NCBI GenBank assembly: GCA_030324005.1
Contig: JARDVH010000084.1
Location: 22,031,423-22,095,422, forward strand
Direction of reading: 5' to 3'
DNA from: Negaprion brevirostris
Taxonomy: Eukaryota
Length of the DNA stretch: 64,000 nt
The number at the start of each line of letters is the position of its first letter. Position 1 is the stretch's first letter. A model generated the notes under the pieces. It saw only the letters and a list, made by a program, of their open reading frames with translations, was not told the DNA's origin and searched no databases. A program made the translations under genes and the position numbers. Shown in pieces: positions 1 through 13,080 of this stretch.

Positions 1-600
1 CTTATCAAACGCCTTGCTGAAGTCCATGTACACTACGTCCACGGCACTTCCTTCGTCAATGTGTTCAGTCACATTATGTATTTACAGAACCTGTTTGGAT
101 TCTCCTTTGCTTTATCTGCCAAAGCAATCTCATGTCCTTTTTTTGCCCTTCTGATTTATCTCTCACCTCTACTCCCACACCCTCTGTACTCTTCAAGGGA
201 TCCACTTGATCTCAGCTGCCTATGCATGTCATGTGCCGCTTTCTTTTTGACCAGGGCTTCAATGTCCCAAGTCATCCAGGGTTCCCTATTTCTGCCAGCC
301 TTGTCCTTTACTGTAAAAGGGATGTGTTTACTCTGAACCCTGGTTAACACACTTTTGAAAGCTTCCCACTTACCAGCTGTCCTTTTGCCTGCCAAGAGAC
401 TCCCCCAATCATCTTTTGAAAGTTCCTGTCTAATACCATCAAAGTTGGCCTTGCCCCAATTTAGAATTTTAACTTTTGGGCAAGACCTATTGTTTTCCAC
501 AGCTATTTTAAAACTAATGGAATTATGGTCACTAGTCCCTAAGTGATCCCTCACCAACATTTGTGTCAATTGCTCTTACTTATTTCCCAAGAGGAGATCA
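1..600 (-). mobile_element. CR1/HER1-like LINE ORF2 fragment
   Basis: minus translation DHLGTSDHNSISF...LNWGKANFDGIR; RT motif VDVVYMDFSKAFDK at 1-45. Confidence 0.88.
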
Positions 601-603
601 AGT

Positions 604-690
604 CTTTCTCTCTCTCTCTCTCCCTCTCCCTTTTTTTCTCTCTTCCTTTTTCTCCCTTTCTTGCTCACTCTCTCTCGCCCCCTCTCCATC
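604..690. repeat. CT-rich microsatellite / low complexity
   Basis: (CT)n and pyrimidine run. Confidence 0.75.
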
Positions 691-1320
691 TTGCAATGGG
701 GTCTACCAGGCAGTCGCGTCTAATATCCCTGGATTTACCTGAAGTCCCAGTTTCATGTCACTTTTTCATTGGGGACTGCTTGTAGCCTCGGCAATGGCCA
801 TCACTTAATAGTGGTGCTACTAGTATTACACCTTTCTTGGACAGGGCTTCCAGATGTGGTGGAAGTTCCACTCTGAAGCAATTAAGGCCGTCCCCGTGTA
901 ATATCACTTTGGGGCGGCCGGGTTCCTAGCTGGCACAGTGCTGACGGACTTTTTTATGCTTGAACCTGGCTGTAAGTGTTGCACTGTTGTTTTTTTTTTG
1001 TTCTGTGTATGTACACTGGAGTTGTGTTCCCTTTTTAAATTAGGCTGGTTTCTTCAGCCTTAACGATAGTTAGTTAAAAATCACTCCTTCATGGCACTCC
1101 TGTAAGTCATGGTCCCAGCTCTTTAAAGTTTATTCATTAGTCACAAGTAAGGCTTACATTAATACTGCAATGAAGTTACTGTGAAATTCCCCTTCTTCCT
1201 TTTTGGGTGTTGTATCTCTCCCATTTAAATATGTTTTCATCATTCTCGCCTCAAAAACCAATTCTTCATCTCAATGTCCTTACAAATTACTGTCCCCATC
1301 TCCAATCTCCTATTGCTGTG

Positions 1321-1722
1321 TGTCAGCTGTGGCTCATTTGACTCATCTCTGTCTTACGGTGTAAGGTTCAAAATCCACTCTGGTATTGAAGAATTACTGC
1401 ACTGTTACAGATGCTGTTATTCGGATGAGTTGTTAAACAAATGCTCCACCTGCTTGTTCAAGTGAACCTAAAAGGTGCTATAGCATTATTTTCAAGACTA
1501 GAAAGGAGGTTAAACCAGTGTCTGGTCCAATATTTATCCCTCGTTCAGCATCATAAAAACAGAATATCCGACCATTTTCACATTTCTGTTTATAGGAGTT
1601 TGCTGTGTGCAAATAGTTTGCTACATTTTCTACAATAGTGACTTTGCTTCAAAAAGTATTTAATCAGCTGTAACACACATTAGGATGTCTAGTGATTGTG
1701 AAAAGCACAATATAAGTGCAAG
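1321..1722 (+). mobile_element. Old DeuSINE (SacSINE1-like)
   Basis: Deu-domain-like TTCGGATGAG..TTAAAC and CCAATATTTATCCCTC motifs; tail ...ATATAAGTGCAAG. Confidence 0.7.
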
Positions 1723-2570
1723 GCACCAAAAACTAGCATGCAGGTACAGTGTATAATAAAGAAAGCAAATGAAATGTTGGCATTTATAACTAAAGAAACA
1801 GAATACAAAGGTAGGGAAGCGTTGTTACAACTATATGAGGCATTGGTGAGGCCACACCTGGAGAATTGTGCACAGTTTTGGTCCACTTACTCGTGGAAAG
1901 ATGCAATGGCATTGGAGGCTGTTCAGAGGAGGTTCACTAACTTAATTCCAGAGATGAGGGGTTTGTCGCATGAAGAGAGATTGAACAGTTTAGGCCTATA
2001 CTCTCTGGAATTTAGAAGAATGAGGGGAGATCAAATTGACGTATACGAGATGGTGAAAAGTATGGATAAAGTCGATGTGGAGCGGATGCTTCTGCTGGTG
2101 GAGCATTCTAGATCGAGAGGTCATAGTCTTAGAATAAGGGGTAGCAAATTTGAAAGAGTTGAGGAGAGACTACTTCTCTCAAAGGGTTGTGAATCTGTGG
2201 AATTCGCTACCCCAAAGCGCGGTGGATGGTGGGACAGTGAGTAAATTTAAACAGGAATTAGACATTTTTAATTGGNNNNNNNNNNNNNNNNNNNNNNNNN
2301 NNNNNNNNNNNNNNNNNNNNNNNNNNNNNNNNNNNNNNNNNNNNNNNNNNNNNNNNNNNNNNNNNNNNNNNNNNNCCAAAGCGCGGTGGATGGTGGGACA
2401 GTGAGTAAATTTAAACAGGAATTAGACATTTTTAATTGGTAGTGGATTGAAGGGTTATGGGGAGAAGGCAGGAAAATGGGGATGAGGAGCATATCAGCCA
2501 CGATCGAATGGCGGGAGTGGACTTGATGGACCGAAATGGCCTAATTGTGCGCCTCTGTTATGAACTTATG
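1723..2570 (+). mobile_element. CR1/HER1-like LINE 3' end (spans a gap)
   Basis: LYEALVRPHLENCAQFWS, LEAVQRRFT, LYSLEFRRMRGD; 3' UTR follows. Confidence 0.9.
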
Positions 2571-4849
2571 AAGTATTTTATGTTAGAATATTTAAATCAG
2601 CGTCCCTCCGTGTCAGTTTTAGTTCTAAGTGCTGCTGATCAGATTTTCCCAAATTCAGAAAAATCCAGATAGGAGGTGCTGGAGGAATGTACTTTTTAAT
2701 CCTGTGGATTAGGAACCCCGGTGTGTCTTCCCTTCTCCCAATCTCTCCATCCCTTGCCATAAACGGCAACTCTGTCACACCCACCCTGTCCCCATCTTAA
2801 CTTCCACGAAATCCTGATGTGTAGCTTTCTAGCTCCTACTTTCTGGGTTTCTTCCCATAGTTGACAGCTTTGCAGCATTCAATTTGGTCATCTCACAAGG
2901 AAGACCTAGAAGAAAAAACAAAATTTCCCTGTTAAATTCAAATGACCATTTTTGTCCCAACTTTGCCAGGTTTTTCTTGCGCTTCAGCACTCCTGTGCAT
3001 CCTCTACCTTTTTAATTGCGGTCAACAGTTCCTAGCTCTTGCAAGCAACCTGAATATTTCAGTAAAATATTGGTGTCCTAAAAAGTAGAGTTACTAAAAG
3101 TAAAAGTATAAATGAGAGAACTTGCATTTATATAGCACCTCAAGTGTCCCAAACTATGTTTCATCCAATAACTTACTTCTGTAATCTAGACACTGTTGTA
3201 TTGTATGTAAAATAATCAGATTTATATTCAGTAAGTCATGACTGCACAGAGTGGCAGTGTGGTGATCGTGGACTTTGCAATAATCAGCAAACTGAATAGA
3301 TACCAGATAATTCTGATTAGGAACAAAATGTGTGCAGACAGAAAATACGTATTTCATCTTCCGTTTCTCCAAAACCATAAAATTGTATTTAAAAATTAAA
3401 ATTATATGATCAGTGGTACACAACCCATATTTTGTTGCCTGTCTTAAGCAGTATTTTTACTGATACAGCTTAAATGATTGAGAAATGGGTTTCTGAAAGG
3501 TGGCATTGTCATCAGACTGTCAAATTTGCATTTTTTACCAAAGAATTAATACCCAGAAATTTTCTCATTGGAATGTTAGAAATTCTTATTTACTTATGGA
3601 ATTTGAACTTCTTCCCAAAATTGGCTATATTTTTACATGCACTGTAACATTGTAGAATTGGCTGCTTGTCGTCAGAAACAGTTTATATTAACTAGTAATT
3701 TATCTTTTTCAAAATATTGTGCATCTCAGTGATATTTTTCAATGTTCCAGCTACAAAATAGTTAACTAAGTAGGTCCAGAAGTAATTGTTTTAACTAAAT
3801 TACTAGTCAGCCATTTACAGTGATTAGATTATCCCTCCAGAAAATATCCCAGTCAGTATTGGTTATTTATATTCACGCATTCTTTGAGATGTTGACAGTA
3901 CTTGACAAATCAAGGATAGAGATCATCTTGAGCTGGTCTATTTGTGACTGCTGATTTGATAAATGTGCTTTCATGATTGGGTGAAATTTTCAAAATATAA
4001 CAGCTTCTAACCCAGGTTCTTAATCTGCGCGTGGAAAACATAACTCTGAGTCCATGCTGAATGAAGGGTATCTGGAAAATTCATTAATTTTGGAAATGGG
4101 TTTTTCAGCAGGTCCTGCTGGACATAAGGTTTGGTGACCCAGATTGTCTCAACAACAGTGCATTGTGGGGAAAATGAACAAATTCAATAAACTCATCAGT
4201 GAGACCTAACTGACCGTTGATCTGCAGTTAAACACTAGCACTTTGAAGGCTTGTGGAGATGAATGTGTACAATTTCACCTCTATTACCCCCTGAGCTCAA
4301 ACAGGTTATTTTGCTTGTCAAGGTTATGTTTTTGAATTTAAACACTAAAACAGTAAAGTCTGTCATTGAGGAAACCACTGTGGCTGTTAAACTCATTTTA
4401 ATACAGAGTGATGTATATTACATGCTCTCTCAAGTCCTTTCTATACAAATATTTAATGTGAAGTCATTTATCTGTATGTGCTCAAATATGAGCTTCATGG
4501 TGTGAAAAGTACTGATGATTTCAGTTGTCAAAAATGTTTTCCTAATTAATTTGGGAGTGGAGAGAAAGAACATCTTCCAAATGTTTTCATTAATTTCTAT
4601 AAGTGAAACAAACCCCTTATGGTTACAAAAATGAAGGCGTGTGAAATGAAAGTATAAATATAGTGTCAAAGTTGAGCAGGTTATTGCAGTTTTGGGCCAT
4701 TACCCTTAAAATGGTCATATTGGGTATAATGAACTAAAATTCCAACAAACCAACAAAAAGAAATTTTTCTGTAAATTGTTAATAGTTCTATGAGGTGCGT
4801 TTATTTTTGTTAACAAAGCAACTTATTTAGTGCATTTAAAATAGAAACA

Positions 4850-6430
4850 TGTTATAAGAGAGAAGAGCATAATAAAATGGTCTCCAAGCTAAACAGGTAG
4901 ATGTTAGGAGCTGGGTCTCTTGTGGGTTTTAAGGTGGATCTTAAAGGCGAAGAGGCTGAGAGATTATGGAAGGAGCGTGGGGATTGAAGGTGTGACTGCA
5001 AAGTGGGACATAGGAGGAGGGAGATAAATAAGGCCATAACTCAGAGCATTTGAAAAGTTTGGAGCAGGTTGTGGTGATGAAGAGGTGGGAATCATGAAGT
5101 GCTTCAAAAGATGAGATTCTTAAATAGGAAGCTTTGGGCTCTGGTATGATGTAGGATGAGCAAAATAAAAAATGAACAGAACTTAATGCAGACAAGAAGT
5201 TAGCAGCAGGGTTCGGATGAGCTGTATTTCAGTGAAGATGGAGGATAGAGGGTCCAGCCAGAAGACCATTGCCTCCTCCAGTTTTGAATTTTCCAAAGAC
5301 AAAGTTGGGTTGATGCAGACTGTATTGAGGAGATAAAAGTAAGCAGTGTTTGGACAACCTGTGTGGTGCAGAATTCAGCTTGGATTCAGATGTGATGCTG
5401 AAGTTATCATCAATCTGTTGCAATCAGAGATGGAGATGGTGCCTTGAGGAAGGTAGTTGAACTAGGATTTGTTGCAAGGGCCAGAAGTATTGACTTTTTT
5501 TTCAATATTACCTGGAGAAAATTGGTGTTCATCCAATATTGGATAGCACAGAAATAATAACTGACTGGAAAGATTCATACAAGTGGTCACAGTAAATACA
5601 GAGTGACAACAAGCCATTCCAGGACTATGGAGGGAACAAGGAAGTTGGAGATGGAACAAATGAGGTTCCAATTGTTAGACTATTGCTTGCAAGGGCAACA
5701 GCATTGAGGAGGAAAGGGATGTGAACAGCTTCTTAGGAGAGGGAACCATATACAATGTCAGCTGGAATGGGATGTTGTAAGAGTTGTAATTGATTTAGCA
5801 GAAATTGTGTCAGGGAGATTGACACTTAGCAAGGATGTTGGTATACAGCAAGAGAAACTGAAGAACAATATGAATTTAATATTTATGCAAATAGCTTAGA
5901 AAAGGTTGGGCTTGAAGGGCAAAAGGAAGAGGCAGTAGAAGGGTAGGTGAAGTGAAAGTGCTTCACACGTTGGTGTGGAGGGAGTCATTGAAAAGAGGTA
6001 TATGAAGATGGTTTGTAATTGAGAAAAAAAGCTCGGTGCTATCTTTACTCTCCAGAATAACCCTGAAGCAGTGGATGCTTTGGGTAGAGGAGAATGAGGC
6101 CTAACGGGGCTTGATCTGTCTGGGCAGATTTTGTAATGGCTAAACTACTCGTATTCAAGGTACAGTGTGGTTTGCATACTTTTGAGCAAAGATGGATCAG
6201 AGTAAAGATTTAACTGAGGACAAGGATGGGACCCATGATAGGCTTTTCAGAGAATGCCCAGAAAATAGGCGTGGTTGTTAACTTATCCAAAGTTCTTTCA
6301 AGCTTTGGATGTTAGAAAGACAATAAGGAAGAAAGCAGGGGAGTAGTGATTGATTGGAATAGAAAGTGGAAGATGGGATAATTTATTTGAAAGGGGGGTG
6401 GAAAGGGAATAAATGGAAGAGCCTGACAGC
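4850..6430 (-). mobile_element. Highly decayed L2-like LINE
   Basis: purine-rich strand; left end resembles the 37300-37810 copy; no intact ORF. Confidence 0.45.
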
Positions 6431-6529
6431 CAGCAATATTTCAACGCAAAATGTGTAAGATGACCCAGGAGGTAACTGCAAAAATTCTGAAATTAACTAT
6501 AATGCTGATAATCACCTGTGTTTTAACAG

Positions 6530-6718
6530 AGGAACAGCTGCCTCATGGATTCCCCACCATTGACATGGGCCCACAGCTGAAGGTGGTGGAACGGACCCGC
6601 ACTGCAACAATGCTCTGTGCTGCCAGTGGGAATCCAGACCCTGAAATCACATGGTTTAAGGACTTCCTGCCAGTGGACACTAGCAACAGCAACGGACGAA
6701 TTAAACAACTCCGATCAG
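6530..6718 (+). CDS. PTPRF: Exon, Ig2 N-terminal half ([63 protein letters not shown])
   Basis: ttttaacAG acceptor, AG|GTAAGA donor, 189 nt, phase 1-1; near-identical to LAR-RPTP Ig2. Confidence 0.96.
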
Positions 6719-7924
6719 GTAAGATGTTTCGTACCAGCTATTTATTGGTCTGTTTGCTTGTGCGGAGGTTGGTGTTTAGTATGAAGCTAGATACTTGTTT
6801 TTGTGCATTTTGTTTTCTAATTATGTTTGATATTATTCAAATCAATTTTGATCTATTTGTTTTAAATAGACAGCATTAGCCATTTTTACAGTCCATGCAT
6901 TTGATTGTTTACCTGACAGTCTAAGAAGGTACATCCAGTGATGTCAATATTTTATTCCTTGTCCACCGGAAGTGAGCAAAGGTGAGAAGTTCCCTCTGAA
7001 AATTGTCTAAGCAGTGGAGAATTATCGTTGCGTTTTGTTTGCCTCCTCTGTAACTGATGTATAATGGCAATCAGTAATGATTTAACTGAGTTTTGATACA
7101 GAATTAATGGTCTGCTTGCCCAATAACTAGTTAACTTATCATATTTCCCAGAAGCAGCTTTCAGTTCTTAAAAAGTGATAGATAGTTGATGAATCAAATC
7201 CTATTTATGTTCATTTTTTTGGAGCACGCTTGACACGTGAGGCAATCTATCACAATGTTTAACTCTTTTAATGCAAGATGTTTGGAATTTATGTCCAATA
7301 TGGAGGTTATACTCTCTTCCTGTAGAGGCACTTAGCCAAGTGAGGAATGTTTAAGTGCAGGTTAGCAGAGCTAAGTATTTGGGAGACCAGCTGTCCATGG
7401 GGATAACTTAAATTTTAATCAGCTAGAACTGTGCAGTTTGTCAGAGTAGATTGCCTTTTCGGCTATAGACTATGTGTCAGTTCCATTGGTGAGCCTGGCT
7501 GTTTAACCAACAATGCCAATGTAACTGCCTGGCTCAAGTATTCAACTACTATGTTTATCACATAGTGGACTTGTTTCTGAACCTTAGTTGTTATGCTTAT
7601 CCTCTTCAATCCACCTTGACTCCAAAGGGATCTACCTACATTTCTTCCCCACTCTTTTCAAAGTGGCGAGTTCTGTGCTGTTGTATTAATAATGCCGAGA
7701 AATAGTTAAAGCTATGTTTCCATTGAAAAATAATTGTGGGCAAAACTAGAGACCATCAGTGTAAGATAAACATAAAGAAGTCAGATAGAGAATTCAGAAA
7801 ATGTGCCTTCACCAAGAGAATTGTGAAAATGCTGGACTCTATACACAGATAGTAGTTGAGATGAGCACTCCAGGTGGAAGCTGGGTATGTACGTGAGAGA
7901 CCAGGAAAAAAATGCAAAGTCTGA

Positions 7925-8131
7925 GGTCACGTACCAACTGACTCAAAAACAGCTTCTTCCCTGCTGTATTCAGACTTTTGAATGGATCCACCTTGCACTA
8001 AGTTGATCTTTCTCTACACCCTAGCTATGACTGTAACAGATCTGCACTCTTCCCTATGTACGGTATGCTTTGTCTGTATAGCATGCAAGAAACAATACTT
8101 TTCACTGTATACAAATACATGTGATAAATCA
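7925..8131 (+). mobile_element. Rex1/Babar-like LINE 3' end fragment
   Basis: AAAAACAGCTTCTTCCCTGCTG (KNSFFPA) C-terminal motif followed by a 3' UTR ending ATAAATCAA. Confidence 0.6.
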
Positions 8132-10059
8132 AGGAATAGAAGGTTTTGCTAATGTGTTGGATGAGAGGATGCTTCAGTGATGAATTAGTTGAGAAGAAGG
8201 AACTGTTTCTGTGCCAGAGACTATATAATTCTGTGCTTAATGTGCAAGCTAAATGTACTTGCCATGTGAAATAAATCTCCAAAAGATTCCTTTCTCATTG
8301 GTATCTCAGACCAATTTTGTAGATCTCCAGAAAAAGAGATATTTTCCCCATGATTAATGCTGATTATTGATTTTTATATTTGATTTCAGAGGTTCAGTTA
8401 TGAAGACATTCACTGTATCAGGTGTCTATATAGGAGGTGCTCAAAAATTGTTCAGAAATAAATAACCATTGTTTAATTGCTGTTCTGAAAGGGTAACCTT
8501 TCTCTTAATATGTTGAAAGAAAAAAAGGAAAGATGAAAGTTAGCTTCGTATCTGAAATGGTGCATTTTCCAGCTGTTATGGAGAAATATGTTTTGTATTT
8601 TGGTTTCAATTTGATCGTCTCTTTGCAAATATACAAATGCAAATAAACACAGGCACTCATTATCAACAGTTTGAGTTTATAAAAAATTTTGTTTTTTGGT
8701 TAGGTGGTGGTGTGCAATACATTCAAAATGAATACAAATATTTATAGCGATGGTTTATGGTATATTGTAGTTACAGAATCCCTCAATCGTTTTTAATAAT
8801 CTTGTGGGGGAATATGAACAGCCTAATCTTTAAGTTCTTAGATGGCTGGGCATCATTTGAAAAATGTTCTAATTTTAGTAGCAAACTTTATACAATTCTA
8901 CTTTTAGCTTTGGTTGGGTGTGTCTATGATACGTAGTTCTGTCAATGTATATGGTCAGACAATTAATTCCTATAAATCTTACACACTAGAATGGAATGCA
9001 GATTTTAGAACGATCAGGAACAGACTAGCTGAGGTAAAAGGGAAAGAGATATTTGTATAGAAGACTGTAGATTGTTTTGTTTGAGTAAGGAATTGTATGG
9101 TTGTATGAAGTTACATCAAGTATACAGCACAGAAATAGGATGCCCTGCCTACATTATACTGGTGTATGTAAGCCCCCTCATGTTGTAATTTACCTCATTG
9201 TGTATTCTTCTATTCCTTTTTCCCTTGTGCCCTTATCTAATTTTCTCTTAAATATATCTATGCTACTTGCCCCAATTAAGTTGGAACATTCTACCTTCAT
9301 ATCAGTGTTTGGGTGAATAAGTTTCTCCTGAATTTCCTTTTGGGTTTACACATAACTATCTTTAGATTTATGACCTTCTGCTTTGGACTTACTTTAAGGT
9401 GGAAACATTTTCTCCATATCTATCAAACTCTTAATATGATTTTTAAAACCTCTTTCTTTTTTAGAGAGACAAGCCCAACCTTTCCTGGTACATGTTTTTC
9501 ATCAGTTCTAATGCCATCCTCATGAATCATTTTGCCACTTTTTTATTGCTTCTATAGCCTTTTCATAACATGGACCAGAACAGTGTAGAATTCTCTCAAC
9601 TGTGGCTTCAACAAGTGTTTGATACAAATTTGATGTTAACTTCAATACTTTTCAGTTCCATCTATTGTTGCAGAATGTATGTGTGGGGAAGACTTCCTCA
9701 AATTTCAAAATGCCATTGATAAATGAATTGGATTGGGCATGAGCTAAATTGAAAGAGGCCTTTTGAAAAAACTGATCAGAATACGTGAAAATAGATTAAG
9801 GAAGCATTAAGAAAAGCCAGGGTGTATTAAAGAATCTCAATTTTAAAAAAAGTAAAGCATCTTACATTTAAAAAAACTTGCTGATGAAATGAGCAATGTT
9901 ACTAGCAACCTGCTTTCTACTGTGCCCTTATTGTGCACAGCCCAATCATTTAGGTGCCTTTCCTGTCTTTGCACATGCATGGTAATTTTAAAGGACTAAC
10001 TTGTGCATGGCCTGCCAGGAAATTATGGATTGCTACGCATCTTGGAGAGAACATTGGTC

Positions 10060-11990
10060 ACTGCCAGATCAGCAATTTGTTGTTCGTTTCAAATTGATCT
10101 TGAGAAGCTGCTAATGAGCTGCTGCCTTGAATTGCTGCAGTCCATGTGGAGAAAGCACTTCCTCAATAGCGTTGAGGTTCTAGGATTTTGATCCAGTGGT
10201 GGTGAAGTAATGGCCATATATTTCCAAATATATGTAGGAGGTGAAGGCAGTGGCTGTGTTGTAATAACATTGGTTTAGTTATCCAGAGGCCCAGGCTGTT
10301 GCTGTAGGGATACAAGTTCAAACCCCATCAATAAATTAACAATTCTGGAATTAATATCTACTCTCAGTAACAATGACCATGCAACTATTGATTATGGTTA
10401 AAAACCTATGCTTTAGGGAACAAAATCTGCCATCCATACCTAGTCTAAACTAGATATTATTCCAAACCTAAAGCAATGTACTTTACTTTTAAATGCCCTC
10501 TGAAATGACCGAGCTATTCAGTTGTTGCTGTTAGGTATGGAATTGCAGAACTTTGACCCAGCAATGAGGAAGTTAAGGCGATATAGCTGTGTGACTTTAA
10601 GGGGAGCTGGTTCCCATGCACCTGATCTTTTTCTTGGAGGTAGTAGTCAGATTTATAATGGTGCTGTTAATGAAACCTCAGCACATGTTGCTGCACTGCA
10701 TCTCGTGGTGGGTTCACACTACTGCCGATATGGATCGATGATGGAGTGAATGAATGTTTAAGGTGGTAAATATTTACCAATCGAGTGAACCAATCTGAGC
10801 TGGATGGTATCAAGTTTCTGGAGTGTTGTTGAAGTGGAATGCATCCAGGCAAGCAGAAAGGATACTATTACGCTCCTGCCATGTGTCTTGTAGATGGTGG
10901 AAAGAATTTTGGGAGTCAGGAGGTGAATCAATTCCTATAGAATAGCCATCTCCTCATTAGTTTTTATAGCCATTGTATTTGTCCAGTAAAACTTCTGGTC
11001 ACCAATGGTTCCCCCAACCAAAATGTATATTTTGATGGATTCAGCAATGGAAACACCCTTGACTGCCAAGGAGGGATGGCTAGTGTCACTTGTTGGAGAT
11101 GGTCATTGCCTTGCATTTGTGTGGCATGATTGTNNNNNNNNNNNNNNNNNNNNNNNNNNNNNNNNNNNNNNNNNNNNNNNNNNNNNNNNNNNNNNNNNNN
11201 NNNNNNNNNNNNNNNNNNNNNNNNNNNNNNNNNTTTTGATGGATTCAGCAATGGAAACACCCTTGACTGCCAAGGAGGGATGGTTAGTGTCACTTGTTGG
11301 AGATGGTCATTGCCTTGCATTTGTGTGGCATGATTGTTACTTGTTACTAAATCAACCCAAACCTGAAAGATGTCCACAATTTTGTTCCACACAAACACTG
11401 CTTCATTATCTGAGAAATTGGGTGGAACTGGAGACTGTGCAATCATCAGCAGACATTGTCACTTTTGTCCCTACGCTGATCATTGATGAAGCAGCTGAAG
11501 ACATTGGGTCTAAGTCCTTACACGAGGAACTCCTGGGACTGAGATGATTGATCTTCAACAGCAACAATGACAACCATCTTTCCTTGTGCTAAACATGAAT
11601 AACTATTGGAGAGTTTTCTCCCTGACTGTCATTGACTTCAACTTTACTTAATTTTCTTGATGCCGCACTCGGTCAAAATTTGCTTTGACACTAAAGACAG
11701 TTACGCTTACCTCAAGTTCACTCATTTGTCAATGTTTGGACCAAGGCTTCATTTCACTGCAGTTTGATACAATTGAGTGGCCTGTTAGGCTGTTTCAAAT
11801 GGCAGTTAAGTGTCAACCATATTGCTTAGAACTTAGAGTCGCAAATAGGTCAGACCAGATAAAGATATCAGATTTCCTTCCCTAAAGGATACTTATGAGC
11901 AAAATGTGTTGATGTGACAATCTATAGTTTTAGGTTCACCTTTATCAATGCCAAATTTTTATTCAAGATTTATTTAACTGACTGACTTTA
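10060..11990 (-). mobile_element. Decayed CR1-group LINE with an embedded + strand tRNA-SINE (about 10245-10520)
   Basis: RT remnants ADDCTV and LDLILTN-like on the minus strand; SINE shares sequence with 28020-28340. Confidence 0.55.
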
Positions 11991-12044
11991 AATTTTCCAG
12001 CTGCTATAAGAGGATTTGAACTTGATCATTAGGGTGTTTGAATT

Positions 12045-12197
12045 AGAACATAAGAACATAAGAAATAGGAGCAGGAGTAGGCCATCTAGCTCTTCGAGCC
12101 TGCCCCACCATTCAACAACAACATGGCTGATCTGAAGTGGATCAGTTCCACTTTCCCGCTTTCTCCCCATAACCCTTAATTCCTTTGTCTGTCAAAA
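12045..12197 (-). mobile_element. CR1-like LINE 3' tail running into a gap
   Basis: AGAACATAAGAACATAAGAAATAGGAGCAGGAGTAGGCC octamer tail and stem-loop. Confidence 0.8.
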
Positions 12198-12981
12198 ANN
12201 NNNNNNNNNNNNNNNNNNNNNNNNNNNNNNNNNNNNNNNNNNNNNNNNNNNNNNNNNNNNNNNNNNNNNNNNNNNNNNNNNNNNNNNNNNNNNNNNNNNN
12301 NNNNNNNNNNNNNNNNNNNNNNNNNNNNNNNNNNNNNNNNNNNNNNNNNNNNNNNNNNNNNNNNNNNNNNNNNNNNNNNNNNNNNNNNNNNNNNNNNNNN
12401 NNNNNNNNNNNNNNNNNNNNNNNNNNNNNNNNNNNNNNNNNNNNNNNNNNNNNNNNNNNNNNNNNNNNNNNNNNNNNNNNNNNNNNNNNNNNNNNNNNNN
12501 NNNNNNNNNNNNNNNNNNNNNNNNNNNNNNNNNNNNNNNNNNNNNNNNNNNNNNNNNNNNNNNNNNNNNNNNNNNNNNNNNNNNNNNNNNNNNNNNNNNN
12601 NNNNNNNNNNNNNNNNNNNNNNNNNNNNNNNNNNNNNNNNNNNNNNNNNNNNNNNNNNNNNNNNNNNNNNNNNNNNNNNNNNNNNNNNNNNNNNNNNNNN
12701 NNNNNNNNNNNNNNNNNNNNNNNNNNNNNNNNNNNNNNNNNNNNNNNNNNNNNNNNNNNNNNNNNNNNNNNNNNNNNNNNNNNNNNNNNNNNNNNNNNNN
12801 NNNNNNNNNNNNNNNNNNNNNNNNNNNNNNNNNNNNNNNNNNNNNNNNNNNNNNNNNNNNNNNNNNNNNNNNNNNNNNNNNNNNNNNNNNNNNNNNNNNN
12901 NNNNNNNNNNNNNNNNNNNNNNNNNNNNNNNNNNNNNNNNNNNNNNNNNNNNNNNNNNNNNNNNNNNNNNNNNNNNNNNNN

Positions 12982-13080
12982 GGGTAGGGCCTGGGTGGGA
13001 TTGTGGTCGGTGCAGACTCGATGGGCTGAATGGCCTCTTTCTGTACTGTAGGGTTTCTATGATCTATGATCTCCTATGAT
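12982..13080 (+). mobile_element. HE1-like SINE 3' tail
   Basis: GGGCTGAATGGCCTC...CTGTAGGG..TCTATGATCTATGA. Confidence 0.75.

Noticed and set aside
2212-2439. Direct repeat flanking a 100-N gap (2212-2275 = 2376-2439)
   Set aside because: Overlapping contig ends, a scaffolding artefact rather than a tandem duplication.
11030-11337. 104-bp duplication across a 100-N gap, producing long ORFs in the track
   Set aside because: The copies differ by one base (C/T), consistent with unmerged haplotypes; artefact.
12185-13051. Long ORFs at 12185, 41942 and 63217
   Set aside because: They consist of N runs.
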